Shown here piece by piece: positions 41,845 to 55,880 of a stretch of 64,000 nt of DNA. The stretch lies in assembly GCF_009914755.1 (NCBI RefSeq), contig NC_060925.1, one strand, 5' to 3'. Both the position numbers and the translations under genes were made by a program. Within the stretch, counting starts at the first letter, position 1; each line of letters opens with the position of its first letter. The stretch is from the human T2T-CHM13v2.0 reference genome, Homo sapiens. Under the pieces are notes generated by a model. That model was not told the DNA's origin. It saw nothing but the letters and a program-made list of their open reading frames with translations, and ran no database searches.

Positions 41845-42445
41845 TGACAGGCTGCAGATTATATTTTCCAGAGAGACACACCAATATAAATAGTCCCTTT
41901 CTTCTATAGTGTGACCTCGCCATGCAGAGGCAGAGTCTAATACCCATTCCATTAAATATGGCAGGCTCATGACAGCTCTGTGTAATAGAGTATGGCAAAA
42001 GTGTAATCGAGTATGGCTGTACCACATGAGGCTGGGGCCTAAAAATGATGCATCCTCTCCCCCGTTCATTGGAACACTCAGCTGAGAACCTTGTGAAGCC
42101 ATGTAAGAAGTGTGACCACTTTGAGACCACTGAGCTGTGAAGAGACCGGGTCACCTAGAGAAACCACAGACGGGCTAGGGGCACCAGTCCTACTCTTTGA
42201 GTCATCCTAGCCGGACTCCAGATATGTGCGTGAAGATAGCTCTGGGTGATCCCCGTCCTGGCCACTACAACACCCCCAGGCTTTGAGTCTTCCCAGCTGA
42301 AGTCCCAGATACCATGGAGCAGAGAAAAGCTGTCCCTTCTGTGCCGTCTAAATTCCTAACTCATGGAACCTGTGAACATTAGAGCTGTTGTCCTTTTAAG
42401 GCAATACGCTGGGGGTGAGTAGTTACGCAGTGAGAGTGATTGGAA
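41845..42445 (+). mobile_element. MLT1G-like LTR
   Basis: gccatgtaagaagtgtgaccac; gagtcttcccagctgaagtcccagataccatggagcagaga. Confidence 0.75.
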
Positions 42446-42449
42446 AAAA

Positions 42450-42700
42450 GATAAAGCCAGTAGGATATCCTGAAGGACTGGAGAGGATGAATGAGACTTG
42501 AAAGGAGTTGTGGGGTGGGGGGATCTCAAGGTTTGATTGCATTTTAGGTTGAGATGATAGACATCCATGGAGAAGTTCCAACTGGGCAGTTGCAGACAGC
42601 AGTTTGCCATTCCAAACTAGAGCTTTCTACCATCACAGGTCATTGTCAGAGAGTATATAAAGCCATGAGATGGGGGAGGTCACTTAGAAAAGAGGTCAAA
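42450..42700 (-). mobile_element. L2 fragment
   Basis: gttgagatg...agacatcca...gggcagttg; aaagccatgagatg. Confidence 0.55.
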
Positions 42701-43187
42701 CCCTCGGGTCCTCGGTATGTATTTCACAGAAATGAGTAGCTACATTCACACACGAAAAAGAATGTTCTTAGCAGCACTGTTCATAGCAGCCCCAAGCTGG
42801 AAGCAACCTAACTGCCCATTGACAATAGGATAAATGCGTAGATTGTAGTATGTTTATATAATGGTGAAAAGAAGCATCTATTGTTACAGAGAGCAACATG
42901 GATTGATGAGATATGTCTAAAAAGTTAGACAGAAAAGGGTACATACTTTATGGTGATCTTTAAAGGAGAAGACAGGCAAAACAAATTGATGGTTGTAGAA
43001 CCCAGAGGTTGGCAGGAAGGTGGGCGTGCTAATGGCCAGGTGGGAGCACAGGGGGCCTTCCAGGGTACAGGTGGCACTCTCCAGCCTGGTCCTCCTCATG
43101 GTGTTTATACAGGTGTGTTCAGTTCATAAACATCCATCAAGATGCACAGCGTGTATACCTTACTGCACGATATATTTCCTTTTAAAA
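42700..43187 (+). mobile_element. L1ME 3' end
   Basis: agaatgttc.tagcagcactgttcatagcagccccaagctggaagcaacc; acaggcaaaac.aa.tgatgg. Confidence 0.8.
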
Positions 43188-44020
43188 AGCTTACAGAAAC
43201 ACTGCCATATTCTCCATGCAGGTGGCTCCATGCATCACATCAGGACGATTTCAGTGACAAAGCTGGATAGGGAGGCGGCTTTATACCGTCCGTCTTTGAA
43301 CATTTCTTGAACCAGAATCTCCCTTCCCTGGGACTCAGCTTTCTGTTTAAGAGAGACTTTTCTTGATTTCTTTGCTTGCCTGAATTTAATGGTAATGAGG
43401 TCCTAGACCCTATAAATAAAGTGCATGTCCGTTATAACAAGGTCTGTAATCTTTGGTATGTAGTCCTGTGATACCATTGCTGATTAAAATTCATTCAACT
43501 GAGAATTAAATACAATTGCTGATGCTCCACTGCATTTTCACAAAACATTTTTCATTTGTATCCATGCTTTAAGATTGGTCAAAATGAGATATTCATTAAA
43601 AGATTCTTAATTAGAGTTTCAAGCCATATGTAACTGACTCATTTTCATTACTACATAACTTTACCCCGTCATTTTCCTCACATACCTCACTGTGGCATCT
43701 GATGGGAAGTATCTGGTCAGTGACAATGACAGCATCCCACTGACCAGGAGGAAGGGTGTCAGCCAGAGCCATGACTGAAGAATGCGCCAGCTTAAAAGGA
43801 GAAGACATGGTGGTTCTTGTCCAATGATTTACACACACTTGAAAATGCGGAAGATAAAATATGACCCTCAAATACGTTTGGTGGTGAAATGACCGGACAT
43901 GCAGCCAAGACTGCAGAGTCCCATCCTTGGAAAGCTAGAGCATCCCCTCTTGCTGGAGGCATCTTTGGCCATCCCATTCAACCCTTCACTAACGTTTGTG
44001 GCACTGACATGAGTTAACAG

Positions 44021-44436
44021 TGTCTTAGTTTGTTCTGCATTGCAATAAAGGAATACCCAAGGCTGGGGAATTTATAAAGGAAAGAGGTTTATTTGGCTTA
44101 TGGTTCTGCAGGCTGCACAAGAAGCATGGTGCCAGTATTTGCTGCTGCTGAGGGACTCAGGAAGCTTCCAATTATGGCACAAGGTGAAGGAGAACCAGCA
44201 TCACATAGCAAGAGAGGAGGAAAGAGAGGGGGGTGTGGTATCAGACTCTTTTAAACAACTAGCTCTCTTGAGAATGAATAGAGTGAGAGCTTATTCATCA
44301 CTGCAAGGATAGCACCAAGTCATTCATGAGGGATCCACTCCCATGACCCAAACACCTCCCACCAGGCCTCACCTTTGATACTGGGGGTGCACTTTTGACA
44401 TTAGATTTGGAGGGGACAAACATCCAAACCATATCC
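44021..44436 (-). mobile_element. MSTB-like solo LTR
   Basis: tgtcttagtttgtt...aaaggaataccc...ttggaggggacaaacatccaaaccatatc. Confidence 0.92.
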
Positions 44437-45004
44437 AAGGGCATGGAGGCTTCACATCAATGTGGACACACCTGCAGCAAGCAGGGGTCCTTCTAAGGTC
44501 TCCTACCCATGCCCAGGCCTCCTGCACACAGACTTCCCACCTGCTCACCCACTGGCCCAGCCATTGGTTCGGACACTCCCATAAGTCCCCCAACTCATCT
44601 TGTGTAACATAGCATGGCCCACATTCCTAACATCTGGAAAAAAGGAGACCTCTGAGAACCAAACGTTCCTCTTGACTCAGAAAAGCTGAGATGGTGCCAG
44701 AAACAATGAGGTGAAGGCTCTGGAAGGATGGATTTCAAAAGCACATCCTCCCCCTGGGCCCACAGAAACCAGAACTTCTATAATCTACATAGACATGGAT
44801 CAAAAGGAGCTCCTTTGAAATCAACTTAATTGGTCCTGTTTTCTACCCATGGAGCCTTTCGACTTCATGTGGTGACAACATTTGTCAAATCACTTTCAAG
44901 CATCACTGTATTTGTCTTTGTTTGCTTGCTTTAATTTTTGTTGTTATTGTTTTGACTCAAGGATCCTCAAGAAGCCATGACTGTTAGGCAAACCTGAAAC
45001 ATAA

Positions 45005-45212
45005 ATAGATGAATAAAAAATAAATGAAAAAGAAAAGGAAAAGGGAAGGGATAAAGGGAGAGAAAGAAGTAGAGAAGGGAAGGATGGGTGGGCAAGAATA
45101 GGGAGAGAAGAAGGAATGAAAAAGTGATAGAGGGAGAAAGAAGAAGAAAGAAGGGAAAGAGAAAAGGATAAAGGAATGGGGAGAGGGAAGGGTGGAGGAA
45201 GGAGGAAAGAAG
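45005..45212. repeat. GA-rich low-complexity tract
   Basis: Purine-dominated sequence. Confidence 0.85.
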
Positions 45213-45219
45213 GCTGGTT

Positions 45220-45350
45220 CGTTTATAGCTGAGGACACTGAGACCCAGAGAGGTCCCCCAACTGTCCAAGTCCACAGGTAGCAGTGGCAGAGCTGAGTGA
45301 AGGGCCAAGGCTGCCTGCATGGGACCTAGACCTCCTTCCACTGTGCCACA
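45220..45350 (-). mobile_element. MIR SINE
   Basis: tttatagctgaggacactgagacccagagagg...ccaagtccacag..agcagtggcagagctg. Confidence 0.75.
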
Positions 45351-46074
45351 CAGCCTGGATCCTCAGATCTTTCTAGAGTATGTGGACTTGTGTTGGACCT
45401 TGAAGAATGTTAGACACCTGGGGCTGAGCTGCTGAGGACAGATCTGGCTGCCATAACTCAGTGTTCTGAAGTGTGGGATGGATATCCCTGGGGGTGACAA
45501 CATGAGGTGGAGCTAAGTTTTTTTTTAATAGGTGGACATTTATTTCAAAGAGTATTAGAAAAATAATGTGTAACTAGAACACCACAACTGCGAAGTAACA
45601 ACATTATTGCTTATCCAAAATATATAAGGAACTTCTATAACTCAATAGCGAAAGAGCAAATAACCCAATTAAAAACTGGTCAAAGAAACTAGAGAAGACA
45701 TACAAATGGCCATATGAAATGGTGCTCGACATCATTAATCATCAGTGAAACACAAATCAAAACTACAAGGAGATATCACCTCACACCTGTTAGGTGGCTA
45801 TCACATAAAGAAAAGGGTAACATTTTGGCAAGAGTGTGAAGTAAAGGGAACCTTGTGCACATTGGTGCAGCCACTCTGGAAAATAGCGTGGAAATTCCTC
45901 AAAAAATTAAAAATAGAACTACCTTGTGACCCAGCAATCCCACTTCTAAGTATATATCCAAAGGAAATGAAATCAGGATCTCCCTGCACTGCCATGTTCA
46001 TTGCGGCATTCTTCATAATACCCAAGATGTGAAATCAACCTAAGTGCCCATCATGAATAAAGAAAATGTTTTAT

Positions 46075-46125
<51 letters not shown>

Positions 46126-46166
46126 GGATATATAGATAGATAGATAGATACACACACACACACACA
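46075..46166. repeat. (GATA)12 compound STR followed by (CA)n
   Basis: Uninterrupted GATA run at 46075-46125. Confidence 0.97.
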
Positions 46167-46504
46167 GAGCCATGCATCATTTAACGATGGGGATAAATTC
46201 ATCTTCAGGTAATTTCATAGTTGTGCAAACATCATGGAGTATACTTACACAAACCTAGATGATACAGCCTACTACACACCTAGGCTATATGGTACAGTCT
46301 ATTGCTCCTGGGCTACAAACCTGTGCAGCTTGTGGCTGTGCTGAATACTGTAGGCAGTTGTAACACAGGGCCAAGTATTTGTGTATCTAAACATAGAAAA
46401 GATACAGTAAAGATACAATTTTGTAATCTTATGGGACCACTGTCATAAAGGCAGTCATTGATAGGTATGTTGGCATGTTTACACACTGACTGTTGCATGA
46501 CTAT
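46165..46504 (+). mobile_element. Tigger3a (MER7A-like) Tc1/mariner derivative
   Basis: acttacacaaacctagatg...cagcctactacacacctaggctatatggt...aatcttatgggacca. Confidence 0.88.
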
Positions 46505-46966
46505 ATACGCACACACAATGGAATTACCCAGCCTTAAAAAAGAAGGAAATCCTGTCATTTATAACAACAAGGATGAATCTGGAGGACATTACACTAAGTG
46601 AAATAAGCCAGTCACAGAAGTACAAATACTACATGATAGCATTTATATGAGGAATCTGAAATAGTCAAACTTACAGAAGCAGACAGTAGGATGTTGCTTA
46701 CCTGGGGCTGGAGGAGGGGAAAATGGGGAGGAAATTAGCCAAAGGGCAAAACTTGTTTCAGTTAAGCAAGGGGAATAAGCCCTAGAGATCTACCGTATAG
46801 CATGGCACCTGTAGTTAATTATACTTTATAGCACTTTTAAATTTTTGCTGAGGGTAGATTTCATATTAAGTGTTCTTATCACAAATAATGATAATAAATA
46901 AAATGTGAGAAAACTTGGAGAGGTGGTGGATAGATGGGTTTATGGCATATATTATGGTGTTTGTTT

Positions 46967-47174
46967 CATGGGTATATACCTAAGTGAACAATCAAGTGCC
47001 CAGTACCTACCGCAGCTCATGGGTATACACCTAAGTCAACAACCAAGTGCCCAGTACCTACCACAGCTCATGGGTATATACCTAAGTCAACAACCAAGTG
47101 CCCAGTACCTACCACAGCTCATGGGTATATACCTAAGTCAACAACCAAGTCCCCAGTACCCACCATAGCCATGG
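46967..47174. repeat. 51-bp minisatellite, 4 copies
   Basis: Unit catgggtatatacctaagtcaacaaccaagtgcccagtacctaccacagct, starting at 46967, 47018, 47069 and 47120. Confidence 0.97.
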
Positions 47175-48149
47175 CCATACCAACTAAGAGTTGACAAATT
47201 CTTCCTGGAGAGGGCTCAAGCCCTTCACTCCCACTTGATTACTGACCCTGTCCTCCATCCAGCCCCACCCTGACTCTCCCCAAATGCTCACCAAAATCCC
47301 TGAAAGGAAAGGTCCCTAATAAACACATCTCTTTTTGGTGATCAATACCAACAGACTGCAAGGAAGTGGCAGCCACTGCTCTTGAAGTATTTAAAATTTG
47401 AGTTTTCCTGGATAACTGAGGGATGAGCAGACAATGCTCTTCCTGGGACACTCATGTGCAAGCTTCTGGGAAAGTAGGAAAATGTGCAATGTGATGGCAG
47501 GATTCCTTCCAGATGGATCATTTAATGACCTTTGGCTTTCTTCTTTAAGAAAAAAAAAAAGCACACAGATAAGATGCATCCTAATTGATAGTGCATTTTC
47601 TTCTGAACATTCAGCGGTTTGTGCACTGCCATTCTCCTTAAGCACAAAAGATTCCTTTCTCTGTTTCAAAGTCACCTGCACTTCAGCAGTTCAGAGCAGT
47701 ATCTGGTGAGTGTTGATAACATGCGGCGTGCTGGGCCACCCTGTGCGGAGCATGCACTGGTGAAATATGTTGGAAGAGATTACAATGGTTTGACAATACT
47801 TCTAAGAAGCTTATGTCTTAGTTTCACCTTTCCTCAAACATCTGTTATGAGGATTTAGATAAGATGTCTCTGGAATGATGTCATAACCCGCGTACTGCCA
47901 CCTCTTTCTTCCTCCTTCTCCCTGGAAAGAGAGGAACAACTTCACTACAGAAGATTCAAACTTGTTTTGAGTGTTAAAAATCTCAACCCAACATAAAAGA
48001 GCTTGGCCACATGAGAAAACATCACCCTACAATAATGGCTGAAGTTTTCAGTACATACTCAGGTAAGTTCACCCTTGGCAACAGCCTACATAAATAGAGG
48101 TAAGAGAAGGTAGGTCAGGTTGGGAGTGAACTACAGGACCATCCCTGGA

Positions 48150-48990
48150 AGGCCACTTTCATGCAAGTCCATAATCCTTGGCCATCACTGCGGTACCCTC
48201 CTTTTGGGGATGGCACAGTTTCCCACACTGGACTTGGCCATGGGACATGGCTTGGCCCCGGGAATGTTAGTACATGATCTGCAAGCCACATCTGAAAAGC
48301 ACTGGACTGCTTGGCTCTGACCTTCTGTCGTTATCGTGCCTGCCCACTGTTCCCAAGAAGGGGAAGGTAATGATTGAAGACTGGACCAGCCACAGTGCCT
48401 CAGCCAAGCCTAAGAGTGAGCCCAGCCCGCCCCAGACCCACTGTATTAGTCAGAGTTCTGCAGAGAAACAGACCCGATAGAAGACATGTCTCATATGATT
48501 ATGGAGACTGAGAAGTCCTTGATCAGCCATATGCAAGCTGGAAACCCAGAAAGGCCAGTGTATAGCTCCAGTCCAAGTCCAAGGGCCTGAGAACCAGGTG
48601 TCAGGAGAACTGATGGTGTCAGTCTCAGTCTGGCAGCACAAGACAGATGTCTCAGCTCAAGCAGCCAGGCAGAGACAGAATTATTCCTTCCTCAGCCTTT
48701 TTATTCTGTTCAGGACCTCCGTGGATTGCATGAAGCCCACCCACATGGGGTGGGGCAACAGGCTTCACTCAGTTCAGCAATTTAAATGCTCATCTTTTCC
48801 AGAAACACCTTCACCCACACACCCAGAAACGATGTGTAGCCAAATATCTGGGCATTCCATGGTCAAGTCAAGTTGATACCTGATTAACCATTATACCCGT
48901 TGAACTGTGCAGAAGCAGGGGCAATGCATGGATATTGCTCAATGTCCCTGAGTTCTTGTGATCCCTACACAGCAAAACAGAGCAGTCATT
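48150..48990 (+). mobile_element. Old MLT1 LTR remnant, split by MLT2
   Basis: ggacttggccatgggacatggcttggccc..ggaatgttag; short 3' remnant after 48895. Confidence 0.5.
48442..48895 (-). mobile_element. MLT2B-like ERVL solo LTR
   Basis: tgtattagtcagagttctgcagagaaacaga...ccaaatatctgggca...gtcaagttga...ttaaccat. Confidence 0.9.
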
Positions 48991-48999
48991 GACAATACT

Positions 49000-49230
49000 C
49001 GTCCAATACTCAACACACGGCAGGCTCTTTTCTAAGTGCAGTAATCACCCTGTCTAATTTAATGTTCACGTCAACTTGGGTCAGATGAATATGACTTTTG
49101 ATCCTTTTCTAGATGAGGACACAAAGGCACAAGAGGTTCAATCACTTGTCCAGTATCATATGGCCAGTAACTCTTGAAGGCAAGAATTTGGATCACGGAA
49201 CTACACTGTAGAATTTGCTGGCTACTCCGC
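49000..49230 (-). mobile_element. MIR SINE
   Basis: ctagatgaggacacaaaggcacaagaggttcaatcacttgtcca. Confidence 0.7.
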
Positions 49231-49237
49231 ATTATAA

Positions 49238-49619
<382 letters not shown>

Positions 49620-50629
49620 TATTGCTAATGTTTACTCTACTATTACTACCGCTATTCTATAACATTACTAATGCTAATACTGTAGTATTACTAATACTAT
49701 ACACTGTTAGTAAAGCTATGACTGTTCCTACTACTATTAGGGTATTTAGATATTACAAACTCCTTCTAGGTAAGCAAAAATCACTCTCTCGCTGACACAG
49801 TACAAACAGTTGCACAGACAAGCTGAGGCTTACTTTTCTTCTGTAAGAAGTTATATGTTTGCACTGCTGGTCTGTAAACTTCTAAATGGCGTCTCCGGGA
49901 TCTTACACAAGTGCTGAAGCACAACAGGCTCTTAGTAAATGCCTTCAGAGTGAGTGGAGGTTTACACCCAGAAGTGCAGATTAAGGCAAGCCCAGAAGTG
50001 CAAGCCCTGTTTAGAGTTGAGAAAGTAAAATTGAGGTTCTAGGTCAGGGGCAGGCCTGGGGCGGGCGAGGCATGAGATTTTCAGGGTGAATTGTTCCAGG
50101 AAGTGCCCACTCCCAGGGGTGACCCCCTAACTTGCGCTGCCCCAAGAGCAAGTTCTGCCTCGTCCCAGCCCTGCAGGCAGAGGTCAGGCCCAACAGTGCG
50201 TGCGGAAGGAGAAGCTACATCCTCAATACTGTCCCCACTTTTGCTTGATCTGGGAAAGTCTCTGTGATGTGCTTGCTGCCGGAAGGAGTTCGCATTTCCT
50301 GCCTGCTGACAAAAGGAGGTGACCCGGATGCTGAATTGAAAATGGGAAGCCAACCTCCGATTCCTAGTGACCGCAGTTCCACAGATGCAGAATCCGGCAC
50401 AGGTAACAGAGAGATGACTGACTGCACATAAGCATCGGCCCCAAACTCCAAGGTCACACTCTCTGTAGTAAACTCAACTTCCGTTTGCTGCAAATATTCC
50501 TATCTACCCCTGCCACAAAGGACACACCCAGCTGTTCAAAGAAGACCTTTTTCCATCTTTAGACTTGCACGAGAGAACTCAGAGAAGTTTGTAAGGTGAT
50601 TTCGTGAGTCAAAACTATACTTGCTCTCA

Positions 50630-51012
<383 letters not shown>

Positions 51013-51653
51013 TTAATGAGAATAAAGAATCACATATAGATGATAAAACTGATGACTTAACAGAGAAGATACACAAATCCAAATGGAAAAGCATAGAGCT
51101 ATTTGGCTGGGTTAAGAGCTGAGAGCCACAGTGCGCTGAGTGGCTTGTTTTGTAATCAGTTGATGTCCTTTGTCTCCGATCTAAATTGCATCTGATAAAG
51201 AAACACAGCTAGATGTTCTGTACCTGCCACTGGAGACCAAGACGAATGAACCCAGGAGCACGAGTCCACCAGGGATGACCAAGCTTTGCTGGAAGGAGCA
51301 GCCAATCAGGGCAGTCTCATGCATGTGGTTTGGGGTGGGGGTGATGTCACCCCATCAGCTGACAAATACCTCTAAAGCAGAAAGCAAGAGCAAGAAGGTC
51401 CAGGCTGTCTGCAAGGTCTGCAGGGCAAAGGGGTGCATCCCCCCAGCAGCCCGCCCACCACAGGCACCTTTCCTCTCTCCCTCTTCCCACATTGAAATGG
51501 GCTCCCTCTTTTCTCCCTTCAGCGGTAGAGACCCTGGAGGTGTGAGTTTGAGAGGGATTGTAAACCCAAGTGTGGAACCATGGAATTTCCCACTGCCCAT
51601 GTCAGAGCTAAACCTACTGGGCTGTATGCCATGCAAATAGCTTTTAGTTTTAA

Positions 51654-51941
51654 TTTTTTTGAGATGGAGTCTCGCTCTGTCACCCAGGCTACAGTGCAGT
51701 GGCACAATCTCAGGTCCCTGCAACCTCCGCCTCCCGGATTTAGGCAATTTTCTGCCTCAGCCTCCTGAGTAGCTGGGATTACAGGTGCGTGCCACCAGGC
51801 CTGGCTAATTTTTGTATTTTTAGTAGAGACGGGGTTTCACCATGTTGGCCAGGCTGGTCTTGAACTCCTGACCTCATGATCCACCCGCCTCAGCCTCCCA
51901 AAGTTTTGGGATTACAGGCGTGAGCCACCGCACCCCCCGCC
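51654..51941 (-). mobile_element. Alu (AluSg-like)
   Basis: Antisense dimer; TSD tagttttaatttt. Confidence 0.96.
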
Positions 51942-51988
51942 TAGTTTTAATTTTAATGACCCAGAAAGCCTTTATTATATAACATTAG

Positions 51989-52383
<395 letters not shown>

Positions 52384-53235
52384 GATGGTGAATTTTAAGA
52401 AATCACATTAAGGAACTTCAAAAAATTTTTTTTACACCTAGCTGATAGTATTTTTGTAATCCAAAGAAGTGTTGCAATACTACACAGTGTATTTAAAGAA
52501 AGGGAAACAGCTCACTGGTGTTCTGGTGTCGAATGGTGAAAGAGAGAACACCAGGGGACAGGTGAGGGAAGGCGAGGAAAGAGGGAACCACAGACTTTGA
52601 GAAGATTTCTCTATGGAAAGCCTGAACTGGAACTCAGTTTACAGCCAGGTTAAAGTCTTACAAAGCTCACTTTCATTATGTGCTTTAAAAGATTAAAATC
52701 TTTTAGTTGATTGATTTAAACTTTTTAAAATTGCAAGTCCTTTCTGTGGATGGTGTCAGAAGAATAAAATGGTTTTTCTAGGAGGAGCTGACAGATAGGT
52801 GGTAACTGAGGGGAGAATTATTTAAAAACTGGAAGTAAACCAGGCATGCATTTTAAAAGAGTAAAAAGGAAAGCGGTGACCCCTTCAGATGAGGGGAGCC
52901 TATGCTGCAGGCCTGTGCCCTAATGAATGCTGGGGTTCAAAATGCTTCCCTTGGTGGCTGCCCTTCCAGGCCTCCCCAGCACTCCCAGGAAAGCTAAGGA
53001 CCCTCTGACTTCTGGCATGACTCCTCTGAGCATAGAAAATACCACAGTCCGCAAAGGAAGGAACTTTCACTAAGAGCAAGCGGAGAGGTGAGCTTGAAAT
53101 GAAGACATCCCGGCATCACGGCGTTGCTCAGGGCTCACCAAAGCAGATGCACTGAAAGCCACTTGTGCACCACACAGCTCTGTAAAAGGGTAAGACCATA
53201 GACAGAAGAGAGAGAAAGGAGGGAATTCCAATCTG

Positions 53236-53655
53236 TGTCTTGGTCCATTTGTGCTGCTATAACAGCATCCCTGAGACTGGGTGTTTTAGAAAGAACAGAT
53301 ATTTATTTATTGAAGTTCAAGAGGCTGAGATGTCCAAGGTGGAGGGGCCGACATCTAGCCAGGGACTACCTTCTGCATGGTGGAAGGTGGGAGGGTAAGA
53401 GAGTGAGAGAGTGACAGAATGAGAGCGAGGAAGAGGGCTGAGAGGGGTTCAGGAATGGGACCAGATTCATCCTTTTATCAGTAACCCACTCCCAAGATAT
53501 CTAACCCACTCCCGACCCAGATAATAGCATTACCTCATTCATGGAGGCAGAATCTTCACGGCTTCAGCACCTCTAACGGGTCCCCCATCTCCACACTGTT
53601 GCATTGGGGTTAATTTCCTAACTCATGAGCCTCAGGGGCACATTCAGCCCACAGC
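53236..53655 (-). mobile_element. MSTC/MSTD-like solo LTR
   Basis: tgtcttggtccatttgtgctgctataaca...aacccactccc...cacattcagcccacagca. Confidence 0.85.
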
Positions 53656-55623
53656 AGCATGGCTCCCAGGAGTCCCCATAGCACTCTGTAGGGGGCCTGT
53701 CCAGTACAACAAGCAGGTTCCTGTCCTTTTCTGGGACGGCTCACCTCGCCATGAGCTTCCTGTTTTCTGTTGATCTTCTGATGAAGAAATCCTATTTCAG
53801 AGCCATGTTGTTTGGTCTCTCATCCAAGCCCATGCTTACCTGTGGGACAATTAGCGTCTGTTAACGACTCCTTCCTGGGTTTCACTCTCAACTCCAAAAA
53901 CTCCTCCTTTTGGTCCACAACAGGTTTTCAGGTTGGAAATGGAGACATCCTCGCCTGAACCTATCCATATCACTTTGCAGGGGAAATTGCCTCGCCCATG
54001 TCCCAAGGACAGGGTGGCAGCGACACGGGGTTCCCGCCTATCCTGGCCCATTCTGTGGGCGACTGGGTAGATGTGGGCACTTTGCCTACATCAGTGCATT
54101 GGGATCTATGACCTAGGAGCTATGACTCATGGCCTGGCATGAAAGGGGGAGCTGGACCCCTGGAACTCCCCACTTGGCACTGGATGTGGGACCCAGTAGG
54201 ACCCAGGTGGTCATCTGCTGAGACAGAAGTCTTCCTGAACCAAGAGGTTTGAAGAGCAGGGGTTGCGGCAAGTCAGCCCTGGCAAGCCTGAACACCTGCC
54301 CACTGTGGAAACAAGGAAGCAGAAACCACGGGCACCAGGCTGGGGAAGGAAAGACAGGCCAGAGACACACAGAGAGTCCGTGAGAAAGAAATGGTAGAGT
54401 CAGCGTAGTCAGCGCTGCTGCCCGGAGCCCAGATGACAATACCTTCTGGACTAACGCACCTGTTCATTAAAAATAAACAAAAATTAAAACCCCTACAAAT
54501 AGGAAATAAGAAGCGCATAGCCATTTTGGGAGTTAATGTGATCAAACAGAAGCAATTTTGCCAGGGGGTTGAGCGGCCTCTCCAAGCCCAGGCCCAGCAT
54601 GCAGCTCCCTAAGCCTCTTCTGTGCTTAATTAGCCAGGGCCCAGCTAATCTTTCCGAGTCATCCAGGGGGATCCAGAAACAGCAGGCCAAGGAAGCTTTG
54701 CGGGAACATAATTACCATCCCACATGAGCAGGAGGCTGGGAAACAGGGAGACATTCGTTGAATGAACACGGAGCTGGAGGGGACATCAGAGTGCAGAGAG
54801 CAGTGCGTGAGGTCAGAGGCTCCAAGGGAGTCAGAAGCAGCTCTTGCAGGGGCGGGGTCAGATGCAAAGCAAACCCCACAGAGGCCAGACTCCCACAGAG
54901 GAGTATCCCCCACCGCGCAGTTCACCTGGCTCAGCTCTCAGTGACCCCGGACTGGGATCTTGTGTGGATTGTTTTCTCTCTGGCCTCTCCAGCCTGCACA
55001 GCATAAATTGCTCTCAGCAGGATGGGCACTTAGGGACCTGCTGTTGCTGCAGTGGCATGGTGGCTGTTGACATTGGGAATAACATGTCCCTCTAACCCCA
55101 TTCAGTGTGGGTGGCCATCTGCCCAAGTGCCAGAGCAGGGAGAGCCTCACTCCTGCCCACCAAAGCAGGAACGTTCTGACGGTTCATGTTCAACCTGCCA
55201 ATAAGCAATCGCTGTGTCCCAATCCACCCTCTCCCCATGCTCCAGCCCTCTGCTGTCAGGCCCCTGCCCCTTCCCAGGCCTGGAAGACTGCTTTTTGCTC
55301 CTCCAATATCAAGCCCTAACTTTCCCAGCTCCAAGCCTTTGTGCAAGGTGTTCCTGCCACCTAGAGCACTCTTACTGTGTTCCACACCCACGGAGGAATT
55401 TTCCATCCTCTAAGAATCACCTTAAAAACTATCTCTTCTGCTGCTCCCCAGCAACGGAGCCCTGTCCCTCTCTGACTGCCGCAGCACTAGGCTCTTTTCA
55501 TGACAAGTCTTACTCTAAGTACACAATACAAAGACAGGTGCGAGGATGTGAATAGGATACAGGATTCAAAGGCAAAAACCTTTGCTTGAGTCGTGGATAT
55601 GTCAAACTCTCGCCAGAGCAGTG

Positions 55624-55880
55624 AGGACAACAGGGTTCTCCCCTGTGCACCACCTGTTACCTGCTGGGCACTGTCCTGAGAACCCTGCATGTATGAACTC
55701 AATTCATCCTCACAACACTCCGACAACACAGAGATGATAATTAAGCCCAGTTAAGAGATGGGAAAACCGAGGCCCTAGGCCACACTGCTGTAAGTGGGAG
55801 AGGGTTCCACACAGGCAGTCCGGCTCTGGTGCCACAACCCCCGTGCCCTGGGGAGAGGCATCATCAAGTGCTCTTAATAG
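55624..55880 (-). mobile_element. MIR SINE; source of the inverted duplicate
   Basis: ctgggcactgtcctgag...aattcatcctcacaacact...agatgggaaaaccgaggc...ccacactgctgtaagtgg. Confidence 0.8.

Larger units (their letters stand above)
45612..46985 (+). mobile_element. L1 3' region (L1MA/L1MB boundary type), interrupted by an STR and Tigger3a
   Basis: ORF 45745-46032 reads [32 protein letters not shown], the L1 ORF2p C-terminus; followed by a typical 3' UTR. Confidence 0.92.

Noticed and set aside
45745-46032. ORF resembling a real protein
   Set aside because: Decayed L1 ORF2p C-terminus, not a host gene.
46967-47174. CRISPR-like regular repeats
   Set aside because: The units are contiguous with no unique spacers, there are no cas genes, and the context is primate. 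It is a minisatellite.
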